In this document: in pieces, positions 29,171 through 38,359 of the stretch | How positions within the stretch are numbered: position 1 is the first letter of the stretch | How the letters are laid out: every line of letters begins with the position of its first letter | From: an uncultured bacterium | GTDB lineage: Bacteria; Patescibacteriota; Minisyncoccia; Phycocordibacterales; GWA1-40-21 | Direction: 5' to 3' | DNA length: 64,000 bases | NCBI GenBank assembly: GCA_903831595.1 | Contig: CAIKXY010000007.1 | Coordinates: 3,944-67,943, forward strand | Notes under the pieces: model-generated | Told to the model about the DNA's origin: nothing | Databases searched by the model: none | What the model saw: only the letters and a program-made list of their open reading frames with translations | Made by a program: the position numbers and the translations under genes

Positions 29171-29263
29171 AATATATCCAATTTTATTTTATCCTTATAA
29201 TACAAGGCAAATATCAAATATTTGTCGCAATAAAAACTCAAAACATTATAATACTTGTATAAT

Positions 29264-29290
29264 CACAACAGATTTTTATTAGTTAGTCTA
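29264..29290. promoter_or_regulatory. conserved upstream motif CACAACAGATTTTTATTAGTTAGTCTA
   Basis: Copy of the 27105-27132 motif upstream of SBP-5. Confidence 0.4.
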
Positions 29291-29382
29291 CCCGTTTGTA
29301 AAAACAGGTAGGGTTTGTTGATTAGTTGGATTTTAAGATATGTTAATATAGTATTAATTATTAGTTTAAAATTATAAAAATT

Positions 29383-30528
29383 ATGGAAAAGAAAAAAGGA
29401 AATTTGTGGTCAGTGGTTATCGTTGTGATTTTAGTAATTATAATCGGAGGACTATTTGGATCACAAAGTGCTGGAAGTAAAAGTATAAAAATAGGATATA
29501 TAAGTCCTATGAGCGGGCCAGCAGCTGCTTATGGAGACTATACCAGAAAAGCTTTTCAGCTTGGATTAGATGAATGGAACGCAAATCATACTGACAAGAT
29601 GCAAGCAATCTACGAAGATGGAAAATGTGCTCCAGCCGACGCTGTAACAGCAGCAAACAAATTAATCAATGTAGACAAAGTAAATTTTTTGATGACTTTC
29701 TGTACCGGAGAAACAAACGCTGTGGCTCCAATAGCAGAGCAGAGCAAAATAATACTTTTGACATCTGGAACAACTGCTCCAAATATTGTTAAAGGGAAGT
29801 ATATCTTTAGAAATATCGGTTCTGTGGGGAGCGGATTGCCTGTTTTGACTAAATTAGCATATGATTTTAACAAACAAATTGCATTAATATCTGAAAATAC
29901 TGATTATGCAGCTTCTACAAAAAATGGTTTTACTCAGCAGTACACAGCGCTCGGTGGAAAAGTATTGTTCGATGAATCATTTGATGCAAAAAGTTTAGAC
30001 TTCAAAACAATAATTACAAAATTGAAAGAAAACAAAGTAGAAAGTATTTTTGTTGTTGTACAGTCTCTTGATAATTCTGCAGTTTTGTTTAAACAAATGA
30101 AAGAGTTGAATTATCACCCACAGATATTTACTACAGAGGGGGCCATTAGCACTAAGGCGCTAGATAAATATACCAAAGAAGGTTATGAAAATATTGTTGA
30201 AGGGTCAATACTTGTTCAACCTTATTTTGACAGAGAAAATCCTAAAGCAAAAGCAATGATTAGCACTTATGATATGAAATTTGGTACATCAACAGGGCCA
30301 ATTCCAGAAAGTTACTTGGCAACACACTATGATGCTGTTTCTTTGATAGGGGAAGCAGTGGAAAGCGTTGGAAATAAAGCCGATGCTGTAAGTAATTATT
30401 TCATAACCAAAATCAGCAATTGGAGTGGGGCGATTGGCTCGTTTGGATTTGATAAGACTGGGGATACTATAGTTCAAACTCAAACAAAGATTGTTAAAGG
30501 CGGAAATATTGTGGAGTATAAAAAATAA
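29383..30528 (+). CDS. Liv-type ABC substrate-binding protein, paralog 5
   Basis: IKIGYISPMSGPAAAYGDYTRKAFQLGLDEW...YEDGKCAPAD...FCTGET. Confidence 0.75.
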   Translation: MEKKKGNLWSVVIVVILVIIIGGLFGSQSAGSKSIKIGYISPMSGPAAAYGDYTRKAFQLGLDEWNANHTDKMQAIYEDGKCAPADAVTAANKLINVDKVNFLMTFCTGETNAVAPIAEQSKIILLTSGTTAPNIVKGKYIFRNIGSVGSGLPVLTKLAYDFNKQIALISENTDYAASTKNGFTQQYTALGGKVLFDESFDAKSLDFKTIITKLKENKVESIFVVVQSLDNSAVLFKQMKELNYHPQIFTTEGAISTKALDKYTKEGYENIVEGSILVQPYFDRENPKAKAMISTYDMKFGTSTGPIPESYLATHYDAVSLIGEAVESVGNKADAVSNYFITKISNWSGAIGSFGFDKTGDTIVQTQTKIVKGGNIVEYKK

Positions 30529-30540
30529 GCAATAAAATTA

Positions 30541-30566
30541 AAAAAGCCCCGAAAGGGGCTTTTTTA
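30541..30566. terminator. bidirectional terminator hairpin (same family)
   Basis: AAAAAGCCCCGAAAGGGGCTTTTTT. Confidence 0.75.
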
Positions 30567-31367
30567 ATCTCTCACCGATCTTGAATCCCAAGTTAAATCA
30601 AATATAACGCGCATCATTCCATTGAGTGCTTTATCTTCCATAATAACACCAGTTAATTTATTTTCTCCAAAATTTGTAATAGCAATTTTTGAATCACCGT
30701 ATATTACTATTTCACCATTAAAAACAAATTTTTCTGGCGCAATATATTTTATGACAGGATAAAATTTCTTGGGCGTATTTTCTGGATAAATTGGTAAATG
30801 TTTTCTGTTTTCCGGGGTGTCTGGAATAAATATTTTTGTCGTTATTCCAAGTTCAATTTTTTTCTTTGCATAATTTTTAATAAATTTATCCGGCACTAAC
30901 GGAATTAGTTCACTTGCTTTTGAGAAGGCTAACATTTCGTATGGTTTCTTTATACTTATCATATCCTCATACATAGATAGCAGTCCATCGAGACCTTCAT
31001 AGTAGGTAACCTTTGAATGGTCTTTTAGTAATTCAAATAAATGAGTTATTTCTGGAATTAATGTTTTTGTTTTTTCTAAAGAATTCTCAGATTCGCTTAC
31101 TTTATTTTGGGCGTACCTTAATATTTTTTCTGGTTTTTCTATTTGATAAAATAGTTTATTTTTTCTTTCAATTTCATTTACAAGCCCACGAACAGATAGG
31201 GCAGTAAGTACAAAATATACCGTTGCCCTTTTTAAATCAGTATATTCAGCTATTTTGGAAGGGAACGCTCCACCAAGCTCAAGAAGTGATACATACACCA
31301 AAGCTTCCTTATCTGTGAAGCCAGTTTTTTCTAGTTTTTTGATTAATATCTGGTTTTTTACTTGCAT
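30564..31367 (-). CDS. TrmB-family wHTH transcriptional regulator, paralog 6
   Basis: LEKTGFTDKEALVYVSLLELGGAFPSKIAEYTDLKRATVYFVLTALSVRGLV. Confidence 0.7.
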   Translation of the reverse strand: MQVKNQILIKKLEKTGFTDKEALVYVSLLELGGAFPSKIAEYTDLKRATVYFVLTALSVRGLVNEIERKNKLFYQIEKPEKILRYAQNKVSESENSLEKTKTLIPEITHLFELLKDHSKVTYYEGLDGLLSMYEDMISIKKPYEMLAFSKASELIPLVPDKFIKNYAKKKIELGITTKIFIPDTPENRKHLPIYPENTPKKFYPVIKYIAPEKFVFNGEIVIYGDSKIAITNFGENKLTGVIMEDKALNGMMRVIFDLTWDSRSVRD

Positions 31368-31396
31368 GTGTTAAGTATATCAAGCATGACAATAAT

Positions 31397-31414
31397 TGTC
31401 AATTTTTACTGACA
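31397..31414. promoter_or_regulatory. inverted repeat TGTCA-N8-TGACA in the TrmB-6/SBP-6 divergent region (candidate operator)
   Basis: TGTCAATTTTTACTGACA. The same half-sites occur at 21934-21950. Confidence 0.3.
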
Positions 31415-31510
31415 GAATATGTCATGTATAAATATAGTCATATGATAAGCCATATATATAATATATGTGTCAGCATTAGCACGCAAAACGCTATTGATAT
31501 TATATAATAT

Positions 31511-31534
31511 CAGCAGATATTTATTAGTTTGGCA
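31511..31534. promoter_or_regulatory. conserved upstream motif CAGCAGATATTTATTAGTTTGGCA
   Basis: Third copy of the ACAGAWWTTTATTAGTT motif, ~45 bp upstream of the SBP-6 ATG at 31575. Confidence 0.35.
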
Positions 31535-31574
31535 ATAGATGCTAAAATATTACAAGTTAATTATCAATAAAAAT

Positions 31575-32681
31575 ATGAATAATAAAAAAAGAAATCTCAC
31601 GTCTATAATTATTGTTTGTGCTTTAGTCATCATAGTTATAGGGCTATCGGTTTGGCAAAAAGCAATATCACCAAGGGGTGATATAAAAGTTGCATACGTA
31701 TCATCTCTATCAGGAGATGCAGGAGTATGGGGACAAAGTTTACAAAAAGGTTTTGATTTTGCATTGAATGAAATTAATGCGAAAGGTGGTATTAATGGCA
31801 GAAAGATTACTGCTGTCTATGAAGATGATAAATGCGATGCAGCAACAGGAGTTACTGCATTCAATAAGGTCATCGGAATTGATGGGGTAAAATATATTAC
31901 AGGAACAGTATGTTCTTCTGTTGCAATGAGTGTTGAAAAAAATACACAAGCAAATGGAGTTTTCTATGTTGCTTCTGGTGCAACTGATCCAGAAGTTACA
32001 AAACAAGGAAATGGCCTAGTATTTAGACCATGGGCATCAGATGCTTATGATGCGCAGGAGGTAGGTAGAGATTTGATATCAACGTTTGGCTTAAAAAAAG
32101 TCTCAGTAATTTCTATGAGTGACATTCCTAGTGGTGAAGCAATAAAAAACACTTTTAAAGATGCTGTTGTTGCAAATGGTGGACAAGTTGTTTCTGAAGA
32201 AATGGTAGTTTCAACGAATAAAGATATAAAAACATCCGTTATGAAATTAATCGATAGTTCTCCTGAGGGAGTATATATCGCATCTCTTCCGGATCAGACG
32301 GTTTTAATTATTTCTCAGTTAAAAGCTCTAGGTTACAAAGGAAAGATATTTGTTTATAGTGCTTCGGCTGCGTCAGAAGGTTTTGCGACAAAGGTAAAAA
32401 ACAAAGATAGTGTTTTTTATGTTTTTCCTGTCACAAATCAAGAGACAAATTTCTGGAATGATTACAAAACACAAACCGGCACAAATGCAGACTTACTTGT
32501 AGCCCTTGGTTATGACAGTATGAACATGATTGCTGATGGTATTAAAAGCTGTGGAGAAAATAATACTTGTATAAGAGATTATTTTATAAATGTAGAAAAT
32601 TACCAAATGTCTAGAGGGAAAGTTAGCTTTGATAAGTATGGAGATGTTAGTGGTTTGAAGTATGAAATAAAAGCTTTATAA
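31575..32681 (+). CDS. Liv-type ABC substrate-binding protein, paralog 6 (ORF track start 31539)
   Basis: ATG 31575 gives an MNNKKRNLTSIIIVCALVIIV signal anchor. IKVAYVSSLSGDAGVWG...YEDDKCD...TVCSSV. Confidence 0.75.
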   Translation: MNNKKRNLTSIIIVCALVIIVIGLSVWQKAISPRGDIKVAYVSSLSGDAGVWGQSLQKGFDFALNEINAKGGINGRKITAVYEDDKCDAATGVTAFNKVIGIDGVKYITGTVCSSVAMSVEKNTQANGVFYVASGATDPEVTKQGNGLVFRPWASDAYDAQEVGRDLISTFGLKKVSVISMSDIPSGEAIKNTFKDAVVANGGQVVSEEMVVSTNKDIKTSVMKLIDSSPEGVYIASLPDQTVLIISQLKALGYKGKIFVYSASAASEGFATKVKNKDSVFYVFPVTNQETNFWNDYKTQTGTNADLLVALGYDSMNMIADGIKSCGENNTCIRDYFINVENYQMSRGKVSFDKYGDVSGLKYEIKAL

Positions 32682-32710
32682 ATTTTATTAATTATTAATT
32701 ATAAAATAAT

Positions 32711-33856
32711 ATGGAAAATAAAAAAGGAAAATTATTAGTGTGGGCAATTGTGATCGTTTTGGTGATTGTTGGTATTTTTTTACTATCAAATAGTAAACCA
32801 GTCTCAACAGAGCCAATAAAAATCGGTTTTGTTGCACCGCTTACTGGCCCAGCTGCTGCTTATGGTGAGGTAGAAAAGAATGCAGTTATTATGGCACTTG
32901 AAAAAATTAATGGTAGTGGGGAAACGAAAAGAAATGTTGAAGTTATATATGAGGATGGTAAATGTAATGGTCAAGATGCGGCAACAGCAGCGCAAAAGTT
33001 AATCAATGTTGATAAGGTCAAAATTATTTTAGGTGGTTTGTGTAGTAGCGAAACACTAGCTATCGCCCCGATATCAGAATCAAATAAAGTTATACTTTTC
33101 TCTGCTTTTTCTTCTAGTCCAGCCATTACAAATGCGGGGGATTATGTATTTCGTAATTCACCATCAGACTTAGATTTTGGAAAAGCTGATGCACAATTTA
33201 TTATAAAAAAAGGTGTTAAGAATATTGCTATTATTTCTGAAAATGCTGATTACTCACAAGGTGTACGAACAGTTATGAAAAATGCTTTCCAAAACAATGG
33301 AGTAAATGTAATAGCAGATGAAGTATTTAATTCAGATGTAAAAGATTTTAGAACGCAATTAACAAAAATAAAGTCGCTAAAACCAGAGGCAATATATATT
33401 AATCCAGGAACATCTCCAGATGTGGCGGGAATAATTCCAAAGGAAATGAAAGAACTTGGAATGACAAACACAAAAATATTTGGTAACTATGTTTTGGGGG
33501 ATAAAGTAGCACTAAAAATTGGGGGATCAGCAATGAATGGTATTATATTTAGTGATTATACAGATCTTGCGTTATCAAATCAGGCTATTATAGATCAATA
33601 TAAAACTGAATTTCAAAAAGACCCAGCAAATAATTATCCTTTGATGGCTAGATATGATTCAGTATTTATTATTACGGACGCAATTAGAAGTTGTGGAACT
33701 GATGACAGTAGCTGTATAAAAAATTATTTATATAAAATGAAGAGTTTTTCTGGTGCTCTTGGTACATATAGATTCGATTCTAATGGGGATTTGTTGAATA
33801 AAGAATTGGCAGTTCATAAAATAATTCAAAATGGAGTCGCTGTGTTGATAAAATAA
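32711..33856 (+). CDS. Liv-type ABC substrate-binding protein, paralog 7 (tandem with paralog 6)
   Basis: IKIGFVAPLTGPAAAYGEVEKNAV...YEDGKCNGQDAATAAQKLINVDKV...GGLCSSETLA. Close to paralog 8. Confidence 0.75.
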   Translation: MENKKGKLLVWAIVIVLVIVGIFLLSNSKPVSTEPIKIGFVAPLTGPAAAYGEVEKNAVIMALEKINGSGETKRNVEVIYEDGKCNGQDAATAAQKLINVDKVKIILGGLCSSETLAIAPISESNKVILFSAFSSSPAITNAGDYVFRNSPSDLDFGKADAQFIIKKGVKNIAIISENADYSQGVRTVMKNAFQNNGVNVIADEVFNSDVKDFRTQLTKIKSLKPEAIYINPGTSPDVAGIIPKEMKELGMTNTKIFGNYVLGDKVALKIGGSAMNGIIFSDYTDLALSNQAIIDQYKTEFQKDPANNYPLMARYDSVFIITDAIRSCGTDDSSCIKNYLYKMKSFSGALGTYRFDSNGDLLNKELAVHKIIQNGVAVLIK

Positions 33857-33859
33857 TAC

Positions 33860-33888
33860 AAAAAGTCCCGAAAAGGGGCTTTTTGTTT
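33860..33888. terminator. bidirectional terminator hairpin (variant of the same family)
   Basis: AAAAAGTCCCGAAAAGGGGCTTTTTG. Confidence 0.7.
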
Positions 33889-33890
33889 TG

Positions 33891-34634
33891 CTATTTATTT
33901 TCATCTGGCAACATCTCCCACATAATTTCGAAAATTTGTTTTATTGAATCGTGAATTTTAGGGCTTTCAATAATAATACCTATTTTATCTGAAAAATTCA
34001 TAATAGCGGTTTTATTTTTGTCATACAGCATAATTTCATTTTCCATGTTAAATTTTTTCTCGCTAACCATTTTAGATTTTCTGAGTTGTTGGACATTCTT
34101 TCCAACATACGGTTTTAATTTTTCAGCATTAGGTAGTATGGTTCGTATGTGGATATTTTTTTTTAACCTTTCTGGCACATAGATTTTTTCTTGGTATGAA
34201 TCACTTCCAATTGTACTTAAGCCAGCAAACCAAGATTGAATCTCCTTATTGGGTGTTAAAAGTGTATCTCTGTATACTTCCTTTAACCCCTCTTCGCCCT
34301 CAAAATAACTTACTGTGGGTTTTTTATCAATTGCTGATCCTATTGATAAAAGATTGACCATGTTTTGTTCTAATTCTTTTTTGTTTTCATCAAGAATAGA
34401 CAAAATCATTTTAGGGCTTTGTGCAGTATAATATTTTAGATTTTTTCTTACTGATTGACTAACTAGCCCTTTTTTTATTAGGTTTTCAAGTTCTATATAA
34501 GTAGTTGGTCTTTTTACTCCGGATTTTTGTGAGATTCTAGACGCAGTCGTTTCCCCAAGTTCATAACTAGCAAGGTATACTGAGGCTTCTTTGGGTGATA
34601 GACCAGCTTTTATTAAGATGTTAATGTAATTCAT
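33891..34634 (-). CDS. TrmB-family wHTH transcriptional regulator, paralog 7 (divergent member)
   Basis: N-terminal HTH (LIKAGLSPKEASVYLASYELGETTASRISQKSGVKRPTTYIELENLIKKGLVS). 247 aa. Confidence 0.65.
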   Translation of the reverse strand: MNYINILIKAGLSPKEASVYLASYELGETTASRISQKSGVKRPTTYIELENLIKKGLVSQSVRKNLKYYTAQSPKMILSILDENKKELEQNMVNLLSIGSAIDKKPTVSYFEGEEGLKEVYRDTLLTPNKEIQSWFAGLSTIGSDSYQEKIYVPERLKKNIHIRTILPNAEKLKPYVGKNVQQLRKSKMVSEKKFNMENEIMLYDKNKTAIMNFSDKIGIIIESPKIHDSIKQIFEIMWEMLPDENK

Positions 34635-34830
34635 TGTTTTTTAAGCAAATTGTTCTACTGTTATTAAAACTGACAACAGATAGATTATATACAAATACAT
34701 ATAATATGTCAAGTAAAATAAAGGGATATTAGAAATAGCTACAATTTTACATTGTCAATTTATCAAACACTAATTGCATATTCGCAAAATAAGCATATAA
34801 TTGATGTGTTATAAGTTAATTATTAAAAAC

Positions 34831-35973
34831 ATGAATAAAAACAATAAAATATTAATAAGTTTAGTTGTGATAATAATCGTTATCATTTTAGGATCTTTAC
34901 TAATAAATAACAAACCAGCCTCAACTGAACCAATTAAATTTGGTTTTATCGCACCACTTACTGGTGATGCTGCGATATATGGAACAGATGAAAGAAATGC
35001 AACTGCACTTGCTGTACAAGAGATCAACAATGCTGGCGGAGTAAATGGTAGAAAAATTGAAGTTTTGTACGAAGATGGAAAATGTAACGGAAAAGATGCT
35101 GCAAACTCTGCACAAAAGCTCGTTAATGTTGACCAAGTCAGAGTAATTATTGGAGGGGGATGCAGTAGTGAAACTTTAGCTGCAGCGCCTGTTGCAGAAG
35201 CAAATAAAGTAATTTTATTCTCACCATTTTCGAGTAGCCCAGCCATAACAGACGCAGGAGACTACGTTTTCAGAAATTATCCATCCGATTCAGAGGTTGT
35301 AAGACAACAAGCCCGACTTGTTATCAATTATGGTTACAAAAAAATTGCAATAATTTCAGAAAATTCTGATTATGCTATTAGTTCAAAAACTATTTTTTCT
35401 GATGAAGTTAAAAAACAAGGTGCTCAAATTGTAGCAGATGAAATATTTGCTCAGGGTGCTCGAGATTTTAAAACAAACATTCTAAAAATAAAATCAGCCA
35501 ATCCAGACGCAATATTTATCAACCCTCAATCTGGAGTGACTGGCGGTTTGTTATTAAAACAACTCAGAGAGATGGGAGTTAATACTCAAGCTTTTAGTTA
35601 CTTTGTGTTTGGTGATAAAGATGCAATAAAGACAGCAGGGTCAGCAATAAATGGAATGATTTATTTTGATACCGTTGGTCTTATAACAGCAAAAGGGCAG
35701 GCTTTCAACGATAAATACATTGCACAATTTGGTCAGATACAAAGCAGCGCATATGGGGTTGGGGCACAGTACGATGCAGTTCATATTTTAGCAAACGCTG
35801 AAGCAAAATGTTCTGATGATACCGCTTGTATAAAAAATTATTTATATAAAATGTCACCATATGATGGAGTTATCGGTAAATACAACTTTGATTCAAATGG
35901 AGATATTAAAGGTATAAGTGCACTTGTCCCAAAGATAGTAAAAAATGGAGTAGCGGAATTATATATTAAATAA
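34831..35973 (+). CDS. Liv-type ABC substrate-binding protein, paralog 8 (ORF track start 34801 TTG)
   Basis: ATG 34831 gives an MNKNNKILISLVVIIIVIIL anchor. IKFGFIAPLTGDAAIYG...YEDGKCNGKDAANSAQKLVNVDQV...GGGCSSETLA. Confidence 0.75.
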   Translation: MNKNNKILISLVVIIIVIILGSLLINNKPASTEPIKFGFIAPLTGDAAIYGTDERNATALAVQEINNAGGVNGRKIEVLYEDGKCNGKDAANSAQKLVNVDQVRVIIGGGCSSETLAAAPVAEANKVILFSPFSSSPAITDAGDYVFRNYPSDSEVVRQQARLVINYGYKKIAIISENSDYAISSKTIFSDEVKKQGAQIVADEIFAQGARDFKTNILKIKSANPDAIFINPQSGVTGGLLLKQLREMGVNTQAFSYFVFGDKDAIKTAGSAINGMIYFDTVGLITAKGQAFNDKYIAQFGQIQSSAYGVGAQYDAVHILANAEAKCSDDTACIKNYLYKMSPYDGVIGKYNFDSNGDIKGISALVPKIVKNGVAELYIK

Positions 35974-35983
35974 ATACTCAAAC

Positions 35984-36016
35984 AAAAAAGCGGTGCTTTC
36001 CAGCACCGCTTTTTTG
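35984..36016 (+). terminator. rho-independent terminator
   Basis: AAGCGGTGCTTTCCAGCACCGCTTTTTTG. Confidence 0.75.
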
Positions 36017-36044
36017 TTTAATAAATTTAAGTTATAATCCTAAT

Positions 36045-36785
36045 ATGTTAAGTATAAAAAAACTTTATTCTGGTTACAATAAATCGGAAATATTACATGG
36101 TGTAGATATTGATGTAAACGCCGGAGAGATCGTTGTCCTTATCGGCCCAAACGGAGCGGGGAAGTCGACTGCATTAAAAAGTATATTTAGTCTTACAGAT
36201 ATTTATAGTGGAAAGATTATTTATAATGATAGAGATATAACAAAACTAAAAACATTTGAGCTTATAGAGCTTGGTATAAGTTTTGTGCCACAAGGGAGGC
36301 AGCTTTTTCAAAACATGACTGTTTTAGAGAATCTTCAGATGGGGGCCTTTATGATAAGAGATAAAGAAGTTATTCAAAAGGGTATTGAAGAAGTCTTCAA
36401 AAAGTTTCCTGTCTTGAAAGAAAAACAAAACCAGATTTCTGCAACTCTTTCTGGTGGGCAACAGCAGCTAGTAGCTATTGCAAGGGCTTTAATACAAAAT
36501 CCACAACTTTTATTACTTGATGAGCCATCGCTCGGTCTTTCTCCTAAAATGATGCAGGAAGTATTTGATAAAATTGTAGAAATAAAAAATTCCGGTGTTG
36601 ATATTTTAATTGTGGAACAAAATGCAAGGCAAGCTATGTGTATCGCAGATAGAACATATGTATTGGAAGGGGGGAAAATAGGAATAAGTGGTGGAAAAGA
36701 TATCATAGATAATCCTAAAATTCGAGAAATATACTTTGGGAGTGATTTAAACCCTGAAAAAGTGAAAGCTTGTCCTATATTATAA
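36045..36785 (+). CDS. livF: ABC transporter ATP-binding protein LivF
   Basis: GPNGAGKST Walker A, LSGGQQQLVAIARAL signature, LLLDEPSLGL Walker B. 246 aa. Confidence 0.85.
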   Translation: MLSIKKLYSGYNKSEILHGVDIDVNAGEIVVLIGPNGAGKSTALKSIFSLTDIYSGKIIYNDRDITKLKTFELIELGISFVPQGRQLFQNMTVLENLQMGAFMIRDKEVIQKGIEEVFKKFPVLKEKQNQISATLSGGQQQLVAIARALIQNPQLLLLDEPSLGLSPKMMQEVFDKIVEIKNSGVDILIVEQNARQAMCIADRTYVLEGGKIGISGGKDIIDNPKIREIYFGSDLNPEKVKACPIL

Positions 36786-36792
36786 AAAGTAA

Positions 36793-36830
36793 AGTGCCTA
36801 CCAGATATTTTCTGGCAGGCACTTGTTTTT
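36793..36830. terminator. bidirectional terminator hairpin
   Basis: GTGCCTACCAGA-N6-TCTGGCAGGCAC (12-bp stem with one mismatch), then a T-run. Confidence 0.65.
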
Positions 36831-37065
36831 AGAAGTTGCAATGGCTGGATATATCTTTATCGCCAGCCATTACTTTTCTATTTTTGAAATATGCCTTTTC
36901 ATTGCTCTTGTTAATCACTGGAATATAAGTTCCAGCAAAATGAAGCAGACCGCATTTTTCACACGGATGAGTATGGTTCCATCCATAACATCCACCGGGG
37001 ACACGGACGGTTACTTTAGTGTTTATTTCACCGCGGCAATTTTTGCCTTTGCATTTTTCACCCAT
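36829..37065 (-). CDS. small Cys-rich (zinc-ribbon-like) protein, hypothetical
   Basis: 78 aa with CKGKNC ... CEKC pairs. Strong SD AAGGAGGA 8 nt upstream of the ATG on the minus strand. The plus-strand overlapping ORF has no such signals. Confidence 0.5.
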   Translation of the reverse strand: MGEKCKGKNCRGEINTKVTVRVPGGCYGWNHTHPCEKCGLLHFAGTYIPVINKSNEKAYFKNRKVMAGDKDISSHCNF

Positions 37066-37247
37066 TTTTAAATCCTCCTTGTTTCAAAGATGAGATTTTA
37101 ATATTCCAAATCCCTATCTGTACAACCTCATTATATATATCGCTATAAAGATGATTTGTCAATAAATACAAAAAACAAATTTCCGCCTTGCAGGAATTCG
37201 TTTTTTGTATTTACTATATATTGAATACTATATACTTATACTGATTT

Positions 37248-38300
37248 TTATATTTCTTTCAACTTAGCTCTTATTTGTTTCAATATTTCACTAGCAACTT
37301 TTCCATTCTCTTTCAAGAATGTTCTTGCTGAATCATAACCGCGTCCAATTTTTTCACCATTGTATTCATACGAAGAACCAGATTTTTTTATTATTTCCAT
37401 TTTTTCTCCAAGCGCTAGTATTTCTCCTTCTTTTGAAATACCTTCGTTATACATAAGATCAAATTCTGTTTGTTTGAATGGGGCAGCAACTTTATTTTTT
37501 ACAACTTTTACACGGACTCTTCCTCCCATTATTTCTTCGCCCTTCTTTATTTGTGCAATTCTTCTTATATCAAGTCTGACAGAAGTATAAAATTTCAAAG
37601 CTTTTCCTCCCGGAGTAGTTTCTGGGTTGCCAAACATAACGCCAATTTGCATTCTAATTTGATTTATGAAAATTACGATTGTTTTTGACTTTGCGACAAT
37701 CGCAGTGAGTTTTCGGAGAGCCTGTGACATCAACCTTGCTTGTTTACCGACGTGATATGCCCCCATGTCGCCTTCAATCTCATCTTTAGGGGTAAGTGCA
37801 GCCACAGAGTCAATAACAATGATATCTATCTTTCCTGAGCGGACCAAGCTATCAACAATATCAAGTGCTTGTTCTCCATTGTCTGGCTGAGAAATTAATA
37901 GTTGGTCAATTTTTACTCCAATCTTTTTTGCATATTCTGGGTCCATGGCATGTTCTGCGTCTATATAAGCACAGACACCGTCCATTTTTTGTGCTTCGGC
38001 AACAGCGTGAAGGGCAAGGGTAGTTTTTCCTGAAGATTCTGGTCCAAATATTTCAATAATTCTACCTCTTGGGAATCCTCCAACGCCAAGAGCAGCATCA
38101 AGGCCAATTGAGCCAGACGGAATTACATTTATGTTTAATCTTGGTTTATCTCCAAGCATCATAATAGAATCATCACCAAATTTGGTTTTTATTGCATCAA
38201 TAGCGTCTTCTATCTTGTGTGAATTTGCTTCCTTTTTTTCTACTTGTGTCTCAACTGATTCGTTTGAATCTTGTTTTTTTTCTTTTACTTTTTTTACCAT
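37248..38300 (-). CDS. recA: recombinase RecA
   Basis: [20 protein letters not shown] Walker A, plus L1/L2 loops. 350 aa. Confidence 0.9.
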   Translation of the reverse strand: MVKKVKEKKQDSNESVETQVEKKEANSHKIEDAIDAIKTKFGDDSIMMLGDKPRLNINVIPSGSIGLDAALGVGGFPRGRIIEIFGPESSGKTTLALHAVAEAQKMDGVCAYIDAEHAMDPEYAKKIGVKIDQLLISQPDNGEQALDIVDSLVRSGKIDIIVIDSVAALTPKDEIEGDMGAYHVGKQARLMSQALRKLTAIVAKSKTIVIFINQIRMQIGVMFGNPETTPGGKALKFYTSVRLDIRRIAQIKKGEEIMGGRVRVKVVKNKVAAPFKQTEFDLMYNEGISKEGEILALGEKMEIIKKSGSSYEYNGEKIGRGYDSARTFLKENGKVASEILKQIRAKLKEI

Positions 38301-38359
38301 GGTTATCTTGTTAAAATTTATAAATTTCTTCCAAATAATTATATCATATCTTTTATATT

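Noticed and set aside
28288-36016. Repeated GC hairpins spaced ~2-3 kb apart, considered as a possible CRISPR-like array
   Set aside because: The spacing is kilobases with full-length genes between the copies. The hairpins are followed by T-runs, so they are intrinsic terminators. No cas genes were found.
36823-37071. Plus-strand 82-aa ORF overlapping the small Cys-rich minus-strand gene
   Set aside because: No RBS and hydrophobic junk composition. The minus-strand frame has a perfect SD and a zinc-ribbon-like Cys pattern.
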